Positions 38,305-48,031 of a stretch of 64,000 nt of DNA are shown piece by piece. The stretch's first letter is position 1, and every line of letters begins with the position of its first letter. Below the pieces are notes generated by a model. It had not been told where the DNA came from, did no database searches, and saw only the letters and a list, made by a program, of their open reading frames with translations. The translations under genes and the position numbers were made by a program. Source of the stretch: an uncultured cyanobacterium (GTDB lineage Bacteria > Cyanobacteriota > Cyanobacteriia > Cyanobacteriales > Cyanobacteriaceae); contig CAVQBA010000004.1 in NCBI GenBank assembly GCA_963710605.1, forward strand, positions 224,001-288,000, given 5' to 3'.

Positions 38305-40047
38305 TTATCGGCAATGATATAAGCGATTTTTGTAACCACTATCTGATAATTTAGATTTATTATCTTCAATACAGTTAAGCTGACTCAGATTTTCTGGAGC
38401 TACTTTTAAATTTACTCCCCATAAATCAAGCGGTTTGGGTTGAGACAATATAATCTTACTCAGAGTGGCAAAGTTATTATCTTCAGTATTATTGATTTGT
38501 CGGATTAAAAGGAATTGGTTAGAAATTGTTAGCTTGTCGGATACAGTTTTAGTCTGAGAATTGACCCGTTTGAAAGATAATGCTAGAGCAATTAATTCTC
38601 GTAATTGAGAAGAAGTTTCATAAGTTGTCGCTACTATACTAGGTACAGTCGATGTCGTTATAATATGGTCGGCAAGAGCGTCTGAGTGCCGAGATTTTTG
38701 AAATCCATAATTTCCCACAACTGTTAAAGAGCCGAATAATCCCATTAATATCATAACTACTGCTACTTTCTTGCCTGAATTAGACAACCAATCATGTTTA
38801 GTTTTGATTAATACAGTTTGCCAAAGATTAGCTAAAGCAACTGCTGTGACAACTATAACGATTGGAAAATAGACAAAGTGATAACGAACAGCTAAGGAAA
38901 TATCTTTACCTAATCCGTAGATAATTAATAAATAGAGCAAAATTGCTCCTAGCCAATAATTAATTAAAATTGTTAAAGGCTGACTAAATTCTGTTTGTAA
39001 TGACGATCGATATCCTCGAATTAAAGCCGGTACAAGCCAGATTAATGACAACAAAATTACTGTTGCTGAAAAGATTACAACAATCGAAGATGTATTTTCT
39101 ACAGGTAATAGCATTACCATTGTTATCAACCATACTATCAATCGAAGGATAGGTTGCCAAATATGTCCGAAGTCATAACTAGTTTGAATCCAATCAGTTA
39201 ATTGGTTATCGGAAACACCTCTAGCTAATGGTAACCAGACTAAACAACCCGCTAAAGTACCTAAACCGACCGCAATGATTCTCCACCAATGATTAAAGCT
39301 AAACGGTTTTTTATTTTTTTTGTTAAAGTCTGAAAAATATAATACTATTATTACTAAAGCTTCCGCCCCCAAAGCTAAGGAAAAGAAATAATGGGTAGCC
39401 ATACCAAGACTGTTAACTAATATCCAAAGACAGCAAATCCAAATCGGTAACCGAGTGTGTCGATTTATACAGTGAGTGGCTACGATTACACAAGTAACAG
39501 AAATAATAATCCACAAAACAGTTAAAGTATAATGACGAGCTTCTTGAGCTAGATAAATGCCATAGGGAGATACAGCCATTAATGCGGCGGCTAGGTGAGC
39601 TATTAATTTAGAACGAAAAGCCACCCAACTCAAATTAAAAATAGCAGGAATTGCTAAACTTCCTAAAATAGCACTAAGCGATCGTGCAACCTTTAAAGAT
39701 ACTAATTCTCCATCCCCGACAAATAGCTTTATCCACCAGTGATTTAACCAAAAATAAAGCGGTGGATGGGTACTTTGCGTCATTAAGCGATTGATTACAT
39801 CTCCATAATTTAAAGTTGTATCTAACCTTAAAGGAGAAAGTAAAATAGATTCTGAAACAATTTTTTCCAAAGGAATTTGAGCAAAGCCATTACCTAAACT
39901 AAAACCGATAGTAGCAATCTCGATCGAAGAAGCAGGTTTAGCGTCTAAATTAGCAAATCTTAAAGCAATACCGATGACTAGCCAACTTAATAAAAGCCAA
40001 AAATGAACCCCACCGTTATCGTCATAACTGTATTTATTTCTTTTCAT
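38305..40047 (-). CDS. GT-C membrane glycosyltransferase (PMT/GT39-like)
   Basis: LRFANL, THPPLYF, SPYGIYLAQEARHY and THYF. Confidence 0.85.
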   Translation of the reverse strand: MKRNKYSYDDNGGVHFWLLLSWLVIGIALRFANLDAKPASSIEIATIGFSLGNGFAQIPLEKIVSESILLSPLRLDTTLNYGDVINRLMTQSTHPPLYFWLNHWWIKLFVGDGELVSLKVARSLSAILGSLAIPAIFNLSWVAFRSKLIAHLAAALMAVSPYGIYLAQEARHYTLTVLWIIISVTCVIVATHCINRHTRLPIWICCLWILVNSLGMATHYFFSLALGAEALVIIVLYFSDFNKKNKKPFSFNHWWRIIAVGLGTLAGCLVWLPLARGVSDNQLTDWIQTSYDFGHIWQPILRLIVWLITMVMLLPVENTSSIVVIFSATVILLSLIWLVPALIRGYRSSLQTEFSQPLTILINYWLGAILLYLLIIYGLGKDISLAVRYHFVYFPIVIVVTAVALANLWQTVLIKTKHDWLSNSGKKVAVVMILMGLFGSLTVVGNYGFQKSRHSDALADHIITTSTVPSIVATTYETSSQLRELIALALSFKRVNSQTKTVSDKLTISNQFLLIRQINNTEDNNFATLSKIILSQPKPLDLWGVNLKVAPENLSQLNCIEDNKSKLSDSGYKNRLYHCR

Positions 40048-40068
40048 GTTTGCGATTAAGATTGTTGT

Positions 40069-41715
40069 TTAAATTGAAGAGAGATAATAAATCGTCCATT
40101 TACCTAAAGACTCAGATTGGCTGTAGTTTTCAGTAATCCAACTCAATTCATCAGATAACTTCTTTTTCGCTACTAAAACTGAAGGAGATTTAATGATATT
40201 TTTTAATTGGTTGACTGTAGTAGGTTGACGGATATCAAGCCAATATTTTTTCCACTCATCGTCGATTTCAAACTCGGTTTCTCGCTTTACTCCACCGTTG
40301 TTGAGGGTGATAATATCACGATCGAGATTAAACGCCAGAGATGGTAGTAGCTCGTTGTAAACTAAAATAGGCTCATCCTCTAATCCTTGACTTTTGATAA
40401 ATTCAGCTAGTGGGCGAGTACCACCAAAAGCTAACTCATTAGCACCAATTAGATAGCCACTATAGATAGTCAACATCAATATTGAAGATAAAGCGATCGT
40501 ACTTAAACACAATTGAAGATTGTAGTTGACTAACCAACGATAAACTAATATTGGTATGATCAGTAAAAGTAAAGCTGAGATTACCATTTGCCAAGTTATA
40601 ATCAAGCTCGCTCCTGAAACACTAATTAATAATGGAGCAAAAAGAGCGATCGTACCCAATAGCCAATAAAAGACAATAAACACTCTGATAAACCACTTCA
40701 GGTCAGAATTGTTCATTTTGATAATTAGACTAGCCATAATTATTGCCAAACCTGCATACATTGGCAACAGATACATCATCAATTTAGAGCTAGTTAAGCT
40801 ATAAACAATAAACGGTAACAACAAGACAAAAAGTGAAAGTTGAACTGCATCTTTGTTTTTACCTAGCTGATAAGCTCGATGAAATAGACTAGCAAAGTAA
40901 ACCAAAAACCAAGGTAGAGTTGTGGTTATAAAGATAAGCGGGTAAAACCAGACTGGTTTAGTACGATCGAATGTCTCTGCATCTAATACTCTATCTACTA
41001 ATTGTCGTCCTAAAAAATAGTTAGTGAGAGATGGTAACTCTTGGCTAACTACAATAAACCACGATAAACCTAAGGTGATGGATAAAATTAAAGCAATTAT
41101 TAAATGCTTAATTGGTACTTTGTATTTCAAACGTCGGGCAAATATGAGATAAAGCCAATAACAAAAAGGAAGGATAAAAACAGCAGGTGCTTTAGTTAAA
41201 AATCCGATTCCTGTAAACAAGGCGGCAATATAAATTCCCCCTATTTTTCCTTGACAGTAGTAAACAGTCAAACCATAAATAACCGCTAGCACTGAGGTAG
41301 TCAGAAAATTGTCTGTTGTTAGGTTACGAGCTGAAATTATAGTCAGAGGGAAAGAAAGATAAATAACAACGGCTAAAATAGAGCGGATTTTTTCCCTAAA
41401 TAATCTCTGAGTGATCAGATAAATTAATATTGCTTGCAAGACTAAAGAAACTTGTAAAAAGAATTTTGCCCCAAAAGCATTTACTCCGAATAGTTGAAAA
41501 CCTATCTCAGTTAGCCAAAAGGTAACAGGTGGTTTGTGAAAGTGAAAAATATTCAACAAAGTTGGCTGAAGTAAATTTCGATGGCGAAACATTTCACGAC
41601 TAATTTCTGCATAACGAGCTTCGCTAGCTTCAAGAACACTATAACTGTTGAGATTAAAAAGTAATGCAATCAAGACGAAAGTCAAGGCAAAATAAAGATA
41701 TCGCTTTTGTTTCAT
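40069..41715 (-). CDS. ArnT-like (GT83/PMT_2) membrane glycosyltransferase
   Basis: EARYAEISREM, HKPPVTFW, GFLTKAP, KPVWFY and SKLMMYLLP. Confidence 0.88.
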   Translation of the reverse strand: MKQKRYLYFALTFVLIALLFNLNSYSVLEASEARYAEISREMFRHRNLLQPTLLNIFHFHKPPVTFWLTEIGFQLFGVNAFGAKFFLQVSLVLQAILIYLITQRLFREKIRSILAVVIYLSFPLTIISARNLTTDNFLTTSVLAVIYGLTVYYCQGKIGGIYIAALFTGIGFLTKAPAVFILPFCYWLYLIFARRLKYKVPIKHLIIALILSITLGLSWFIVVSQELPSLTNYFLGRQLVDRVLDAETFDRTKPVWFYPLIFITTTLPWFLVYFASLFHRAYQLGKNKDAVQLSLFVLLLPFIVYSLTSSKLMMYLLPMYAGLAIIMASLIIKMNNSDLKWFIRVFIVFYWLLGTIALFAPLLISVSGASLIITWQMVISALLLLIIPILVYRWLVNYNLQLCLSTIALSSILMLTIYSGYLIGANELAFGGTRPLAEFIKSQGLEDEPILVYNELLPSLAFNLDRDIITLNNGGVKRETEFEIDDEWKKYWLDIRQPTTVNQLKNIIKSPSVLVAKKKLSDELSWITENYSQSESLGKWTIYYLSSI

Positions 41716-41775
41716 ATAGATTTAGTATTAATCCAAACCTATGAAATATTAAGAGATGAATGTCAAGAACTTTGC

Positions 41776-42006
41776 AAGAAGATAGAAGCTAGTCAAGTGT
41801 TTAATCTCAGCCGTAACACAATTAATCTGTGGTTAAAACGTAAACAACGAACAGGAGATTATAAAGCTCAAAAAACAACACCAATAGCTAGGACAACTAA
41901 AATTAACGACTGGAAAAAATTTCAAATATTTGTGGAAGATAATGTCGATAAAACTTAAGTAGAAATTGCTCAATTATGGGATGAAGATATTAGCCCTCGC
42001 ACAGTT
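41776..42006 (+). mobile_element. IS630-family (ISY100-like) transposase N-terminal remnant with an internal stop
   Basis: KKIEASQVFNLSRNTINLWLKRKQRTGD...KINDWKKF...DKT*VEIAQLWDEDISPRTV. No start codon of its own and no DDE domain. Confidence 0.85.
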
Positions 42007-42114
42007 ACCCCATTACCCGACTAAGTAATAGTGACAATTCGATTTAATTCGTCTAATGTAAACTCTTTCTTCTATTCCACCAGAGATATCGTCGATCGAG
42101 CTAACACATTTTTG

Positions 42115-42507
42115 TTAAGCATCCCACATTCGGAGGATATTCGGAGGATATTCGCAAAGAACATCTATTACATCATCTGGTGTTGCAAAAGCATAATGTA
42201 TAACGTTTTTGTCTATATACACTTCACAACTTTCTTGATGAAACCATTGTAAATAATTAGAATTTTTAACCATGAATAAGAAATGCTGTAATTTACTGCC
42301 TTGCTCATTAAGAGTTTTAAGCAAATCTCCTTCATCGTGATTTCGATAAGATATAAAAGAATCGAATGATATAATTAAACACTTTAAGTTTTGGCTTTCA
42401 TTTGCAAAAGTTAGAATCAATTCATCATCATTTTGTTTTAATTCTTCGAGATAAAATTTTCCAGAAATATCTTCAAAAGGTTTCCACATATTCCATTGTT
42501 CAGACAT
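42115..42507 (-). CDS. Putative immunity protein of a polymorphic (CdiA-CT-like) toxin
   Basis: Starts 27 bp after the toxin-like ORF; acidic, with SYRxxDEG, VKNSxYLxWFxxES and HYxFxTxDDVIDVL. Confidence 0.65.
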   Translation of the reverse strand: MSEQWNMWKPFEDISGKFYLEELKQNDDELILTFANESQNLKCLIISFDSFISYRNHDEGDLLKTLNEQGSKLQHFLFMVKNSNYLQWFHQESCEVYIDKNVIHYAFATPDDVIDVLCEYPPNILRMWDA

Positions 42508-42534
42508 AGTATTTATATGATATGTGTAGTTAAT

Positions 42535-42819
42535 TTAATTATCAAAACGATATTTAAGTTTTGTTCTTCCATTTTGTATTTCTAATGTTACTCTGCCATC
42601 CGTACTGCCCTCTCTAACAATAACTGTTTTACCATTATCCAAATAGCCAACACGACCACCAAAAATATTTTTAGTATTAGATAATTTTAGTCGATCGAAG
42701 TATTCATTAGCTTTTGGTAAGCCACCTGTCAAAACTATATATTGTTTACTTCTTCCTCTAGTTCTGTCACCAGGTGTAGATTGTTGAAATAATTCGTTAA
42801 GAATTTCATTTTGCTCTTC
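42535..42819 (-). pseudogene. Orphan C-terminal toxin domain (putative BECR-fold RNase, CdiA-CT-like)
   Basis: The frame is open from 42819 without an ATG: EEQNEILNELFQQSTPGDRTRGRSKQYIVLTGG...GRVGYLDNGKTVIVREGSTDGRVTLEIQNGRTKLKYRFDN. It is preceded by an in-frame TAA and a MITE. Confidence 0.6.
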
Positions 42820-42874
42820 TTAACTTGCAAAATACGGAAGAGGAGAAAAGTTATTATTAGCAGGACAAGAACTA

Positions 42875-43033
42875 TAGTGATTTCAAATAACAATGAGACA
42901 ATTTTGAGGTTTCAATTAGAGTTTAATTTATTAAACGGATGAGTGTTAGCGATGACAATGATAATTCAAGGCGGAATGAGAAATAATACTTCTACTATTA
43001 CCAATACTGTCTCAATCTTAATTGAAACGACTA
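42875..43033. mobile_element. 159-bp MITE with ISY100/IS630-type TIRs, flanked by TA
   Basis: Left end tagtgatttcaaataacaatgagaca; reverse complement of the right end tagtcgtttcaattaagattgagaca. TA at 42873-74 and 43034-35; no ORF. Confidence 0.85.
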
Positions 43034-43173
43034 TAGCTAGTATTATTCGGGTCACTAATTACTGGAACGAGAGCGATAATAATTATGTGAGGTGAGGTTC
43101 AAAGTCAAAAAATCAAGAAATTAACTGATTTTAAGTTATAATCTACTGGCTACTTTGTCGCCTATAGTTTACA

Positions 43174-43494
43174 ATGGAAATTAGAATTTACCAAACCAAA
43201 GAAGGAAAACAGCCTTTTATCAAATGGTATGACAATCTTAAAGATCGATCTTATCAGTTACGAATCCGTAAAAAGTTACGTCAAATTACGCTTAATAATT
43301 TCGGTGATAGTAAATCTGTGGGAGATGGCGTTCATGAATTACGATTATTTTTTGGTAAAGGTTATCGAATTTATTACGCTAAACAAAGCAATGTCATTGT
43401 TTTACTTTTGCACAGAGGAGATAAATCAACTCAACAGAAGGATATAAATCAAGCAAAAGCTTATTGGCAAGATTATCAGAAAAGAAACAAATGA
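43174..43494 (+). CDS. Type II TA toxin, RelE/ParE superfamily (HigB-like addiction module killer)
   Basis: NFGDSKSVGDGVHELRLFFGKGYRIYY...GDKSTQQKDI. Confidence 0.9.
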   Translation: MEIRIYQTKEGKQPFIKWYDNLKDRSYQLRIRKKLRQITLNNFGDSKSVGDGVHELRLFFGKGYRIYYAKQSNVIVLLLHRGDKSTQQKDINQAKAYWQDYQKRNK

Positions 43495-43799
43495 AACCTT
43501 ATACTAACTTTGAAGATTGGCATTTAGAACAATTAGCATCACCATCACAAGCAAGAGCTTATTTACAAATAGCTTTGGAAGATTATGAAAACGATCGTGA
43601 TACTGAAGCCTTTTTGTTAGCGATTCGTGATGTTGCTAAAGCAATGGGCGGTATCGGAAAATTGGCTGAGGAAACTAACCTTAATCGTCAAAGCCTTTAT
43701 AAAGCTCTTTCTAGTAACGGAAATCCTAGATTAGATACTTTACTAGCTATTTTACGTGGTTTGGGTTTTCGTTTATCTATTACCACTGTGGAAAACTAA
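43491..43799 (+). CDS. Type II TA antitoxin (addiction module antidote, Xre HTH)
   Basis: ATG 43491 overlaps the toxin stop (ATGA); AIRDVAKAMGGIGKLAEETNLNRQSLYKALSSNGNPRLDT. Confidence 0.9.
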   Translation: MKPYTNFEDWHLEQLASPSQARAYLQIALEDYENDRDTEAFLLAIRDVAKAMGGIGKLAEETNLNRQSLYKALSSNGNPRLDTLLAILRGLGFRLSITTVEN

Positions 43800-43955
43800 T
43801 AATTAATTAATTAATTTTAAGACTGAAGCTCACAACGATCGATCGTCGTTCGGAGGATGAAAGTACAATCGTGTCAGTTAAATACAGATTAATAACGATC
43901 GATTACCATTAACATTGGCATTGATCATGTCTAATTTCATTGTTCTTAGTTTGTA

Positions 43956-44345
43956 TCATGATTTAAAATCTTCTTGATAATATGTTCTAGATTTTATTTT
44001 TCCATTTACTTTTAATTCATACATAATTTTTTGTTTTTTATGGTGCCAGTACATATTTTCGATAGTAGCTTTTTTCCCTTGAGACGATCCATTTAAAATT
44101 TCTACTGTATCTTTAATAAAAAAACCATCAGTTTCTATTTGTTTATAAAGATCTGGTTTAACTCTAAATCTTTTTTGTCCATAAGATAAGCAAATATAGT
44201 TGCTATCTTCAGAAATACAAAAAAATACCTTCTTGTAAGCAGATAAAGTTTTAAATGATTCTAAATCTTGCGGATAAATATATCTTTGGGGTATATATTC
44301 TATAAACCAAGGATATATACCCCAAGTATTTTCAAATTCAGTCAT
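43956..44345 (-). CDS. DUF6960-like protein (tandem SH3/KOW-like; possible orphan immunity protein)
   Basis: WGIYPWF...YPQDLESF...KVFFC...YG...FRVKP and YWHHK...KSRTYY. ATG at 44345 is preferred over TTG at 44351. Confidence 0.6.
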   Translation of the reverse strand: MTEFENTWGIYPWFIEYIPQRYIYPQDLESFKTLSAYKKVFFCISEDSNYICLSYGQKRFRVKPDLYKQIETDGFFIKDTVEILNGSSQGKKATIENMYWHHKKQKIMYELKVNGKIKSRTYYQEDFKS

Positions 44346-44453
44346 TAACAATATTCCTATACTAATCTGAATTAAAACCTTGAAAGTCTTTAGAAAATGC
44401 TTTTTCCGGTAGCTTATCTCTAAAAAATATTCTGTTTAGTTGCTATACATCAA

Positions 44454-46217
44454 TTATTCTGCGGTTTTTTTCCATTGAGCAATATTCCAAGTACGAGAAT
44501 CCCAAGGAGTTAACTCTACGCCAGTTAAATTATTAGCAACTCCCACAACCTCCGCTCGATGAATTAAAGGAATAACTACTGCTTCATTAATTAAAAAATC
44601 GTTCATTTGTTTAAAAATTTTAGCTCTAGTATCCGAGTCAAGTTCGGTGATAACTTGCTCCCAAAGTCGATCGTATTCTGGGTTACAATAACGAGAATAA
44701 TTATCCCCAGACCAATTATTTATTTGTTGAGGAATATTATCACACTTGTAAGTTTTAAAATAAGGAGTCGGGTTCGGGTTTAAGTTACCTGTTGTAAACA
44801 TTTGTACATCTGCATAAAAACGTTCAACTGTATCATTATTACTCGGATCACTAGAAAAGAAAACACTAGCATCAACGCTTTTTAATTCTACTTGTAAACC
44901 TAGTTGTTCCCAACTTTGTTTGATTACTGCTTGAGTTTTTTGTCTAAGAGGATTAACCGAGGTTTGAAACACCATCTTCATTTCTACACCATTTTTATCT
45001 CTAACGCCATCATTATTACTATCTTGCCAACCTGCTTCATCTAATAGCTGTTTGGCTTTTTCTAAGTTGTATGTAAATTCAGCATTCTGATTAGAGACAT
45101 ATTCTGGTGGAGAAACTAAAAAATTATCCGTGACTTTACCTGTAACGCCATAAAGTTGCTCAGCCACAACGGTTTTATTAGTAGCTAAAGCTAAAGCTTG
45201 ACGTACTTTTACATCACTTAAAAACGGATGAGGATTTTCGACACTAGCTCTTTCTCCGTTACTTCCTATTTTATTAGGATCGGTATAATTCATTAAGATT
45301 CGTTCGCTGAGTGAACCAAAATTCGTAACTACTTTACCTTTACCACCTTGGCTAAGTTCGTCTAATATTTTAGCTTCTACTTGTAAGTTATAGGCAAAAT
45401 CAGCATCTCCTGTTTGTAATACGGCTCTAGCGGCTGAGGTTGCATCTCCTCCGCCTTTAATTTCTACTGTCTCAAAGCCAAGGGTATCAAGATCACGATA
45501 ATAAGGATTTGGTTCGTATAGCACCGAATCACCGGGTTTGAATAATGTAACTTGGTATGGTCATGTACCGATCGGACGTAGGTTATAAGGAGCTTCACGA
45601 GCGTTTTCACCGTTGTAGTCAAGATATAAGTGTGCTGGTAAAATTGTACCTGCATTACCGACAAAAACTGATGACCATGCAGGTGTTACGTTATGAAAAT
45701 GAACTTTAACTGTATGATCATCAATTATTTCTACTTGTTTGACGATCGTATAATCTCCACTTGTAACTGTTCCAACAAGGGGATTAGTCACAAAATCGTA
45801 GGTGAAAGCGACATCTTCAGCGGAAAAAGGTTCTCCATCAGACCATTTTACATCATCTCGCAGTTTCCAAGTTACAGATAAACCATCCTCTGCTACTCCT
45901 CCATTCTCTAGACTGGGTATTTCCTGAGCCAGAATCGGGATTAATTCTCCTTCTTGATTAAAACTGGCTAAAGGCTCAAGGGTGATACGACTAGCTTCTG
46001 CATCTTTAAATCCTGTGGAAAGATGAGGATTAAGAATTGTGGGTGCTTGCCAGTAGATCATTTTTAATTCTTTAGTTTGACGATCGCCGATGAAGGGTGT
46101 TTCGATCCCAGTTTGATTATTATCAGTATTAGGATTGTTACTATTACAACTGACTAAACTCAGTAGGCTAACGATCGAGACAATTGATAAAATTAAAGAT
46201 GATCTTGATTTATTCAT
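44454..46217 (-). pseudogene. Peptide/nickel ABC transporter substrate-binding lipoprotein (SBP family 5) with one in-frame TGA at 45561-45563
   Basis: Lipobox LVSC and KWSDGEPFSAEDVAFT. The frame reads RPIGT*PYQV where the family motif is PIGTGPY, and both track ORFs are in the same frame (587 aa if repaired). Confidence 0.9.
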
Positions 46218-46349
46218 GAATATTTTAAGTTGGAATGATACAAAAATAGAGCGTTAATGATTAATAAGAGCTAATTGTTCTTAAACTATATTTTAAGTTT
46301 TTTTCCGTTTTTTTAACATTTATACCCAAAGTTTTAGTAAAGTATTAAC

Positions 46350-47915
46350 ATGACTAACCAACTTCCTTTATTTCCACCACGTACTGTTGAAGAATTGATT
46401 GATGATATTAAAATTCTCACAGCAGAAATTCAAACTTTGTATTGTCAAGACCAAATTCCTTGGGTGATTGGTTATAGTGGTGGTAAGGATAGTTCTACTA
46501 TTGTTCAACTTATCTGGAATGCGATCGCTGGCTTACCGATCGAAAAAAGACAAAAAAAAGTTTATGTAATCACCACAGATACTTTAGTTGAAAATCCTTT
46601 AGTAGCTCATTGGGTGACAGGTTGTCTAAAACAAATGGAGAAAACGGCAAAAGCACAACAAATGCCTTTTGAGACTCATTTACTTACACCCGCGGTTAAA
46701 AATAGTTTTTGGGTATGTTTGATTGGTAAAGGTTATCCCGCTCCTCGTCGAGGATTCCGCTGGTGTACAGACAGGATGAAAATTAAACCTGCTGAAAGTT
46801 TTATTCGTGAAAGAGTTCGTCATCACGGAGAAGTTATTTTAGTTTTAGGCACTCGTAAAGCTGAAAGTAATACTCGTAAAAGAGGAATGGAAAAAAGAGA
46901 AGAAAAATTGAGAGTACAAGAGCGTTTAAATCTGCATTCTCGTTTACCTAATTCTTATACTTACACACCGATCGAAGATTGGCGTACCGACGAAGTTTGG
47001 TTATATTTACTGCAATGGGAGAATCCTTGGGGAGGAGATAACCAAGATTTGTTTAGTCTCTATCGTGGGGCAACTGCTGATAATGAATGCCCTTTAGTCG
47101 TTGATACTTCTACTCCTAGTTGTGGTGATTCTCGTTTTGGTTGTTGGGTATGCACGATGGTAAGTAAAGATAAATCGATGGAGGCGATGGTTCAAAATGA
47201 TGAAGAAAAAGAATGGCTACAACCGTTATTGGATTTACGTAATGAATTAGACATTAAAGACGATCGAGATAAACGTGATTTTCGACGTATTTATGGCAAA
47301 GTCGAATTATTTGAGCGTAATGTTGATGGTGGCACATCGATAGAACCTATACCTGGTCCTTACGTCAAGCCGTGGCGTGAATATTGGCTAACTAAACTAT
47401 TAGAAGCACAAGCAAATATTCAAACAAATGCACCGAGTGAATTTAAAAATATCGAGTTGATTTCTGTGGAAGAATTAAGTGAAATTCGTCGTATTTGGTT
47501 AGAAGAAAAACATGAGTTTGACGATAGCTTACCACGTATTTATCAACAAATATTAAAACAAGACTTTATTGATCCACGTATCGGTGTTGATAATAGCTTG
47601 TTGGGTAGTGAAGAATGGCAAATACTCGAACAGTTATGTGAAGAAGATGCGATGCACTTAGAATTAATGGCTCGGTTATTGGATGTTGAACGACAATATT
47701 TTACTAAAGTTCGTCGTGTTGGGATTTATCAAGCTTTAGAAAAATGCTTTGAAACTAGTTCTCGATCGAAAGATGAGGCGATCGAAAACGCTCGTTATAT
47801 CCAAGAAATTAAACAAGCCGCTCGTGAAGGCGATGTCAAGAGTTTGCAACAAAAATTAACTTGGCAGGATTATAAATTTGCTCAAAAACCAAATAAGCTA
47901 GAAGAAGAAGATTAA
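46350..47915 (+). CDS. dndC: DNA phosphorothioation sulfurtransferase DndC (PAPS-reductase fold)
   Basis: PWVIGYSGGKDS, TDTLVENP, IGKGYPAP...RWCTDRMKI, GTRKAES and ECPLVVD...SCGDSRFGCWVCT, plus the long DndC-type C-terminal extension. Confidence 0.92.
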   Translation: MTNQLPLFPPRTVEELIDDIKILTAEIQTLYCQDQIPWVIGYSGGKDSSTIVQLIWNAIAGLPIEKRQKKVYVITTDTLVENPLVAHWVTGCLKQMEKTAKAQQMPFETHLLTPAVKNSFWVCLIGKGYPAPRRGFRWCTDRMKIKPAESFIRERVRHHGEVILVLGTRKAESNTRKRGMEKREEKLRVQERLNLHSRLPNSYTYTPIEDWRTDEVWLYLLQWENPWGGDNQDLFSLYRGATADNECPLVVDTSTPSCGDSRFGCWVCTMVSKDKSMEAMVQNDEEKEWLQPLLDLRNELDIKDDRDKRDFRRIYGKVELFERNVDGGTSIEPIPGPYVKPWREYWLTKLLEAQANIQTNAPSEFKNIELISVEELSEIRRIWLEEKHEFDDSLPRIYQQILKQDFIDPRIGVDNSLLGSEEWQILEQLCEEDAMHLELMARLLDVERQYFTKVRRVGIYQALEKCFETSSRSKDEAIENARYIQEIKQAAREGDVKSLQQKLTWQDYKFAQKPNKLEEED

Positions 47916-48031
47916 TTTTCAATGCCCATAAAATTTTGATCATAAATTAAACAGATATTTTAACTACTAGTTAGAACGACAAAATAGAGAAGAATCGATC
48001 GTTATTTAAACAAGACAAATTGAGTAGTCAA

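Noticed and set aside
41707-41958. 83-aa ORF as an intact gene
   Set aside because: Chimera of the arnT upstream region and an IS630 transposase fragment that continues past the stop.
42031-42252. 73-aa + strand ORF
   Set aside because: Antisense shadow of the immunity-like gene.
45464-45881. Short ORFs around the SBP break, suggesting a frameshift or selenocysteine recoding
   Set aside because: The break is an in-frame TGA at a conserved Gly, not a Cys position, and no SECIS-like hairpin is evident.
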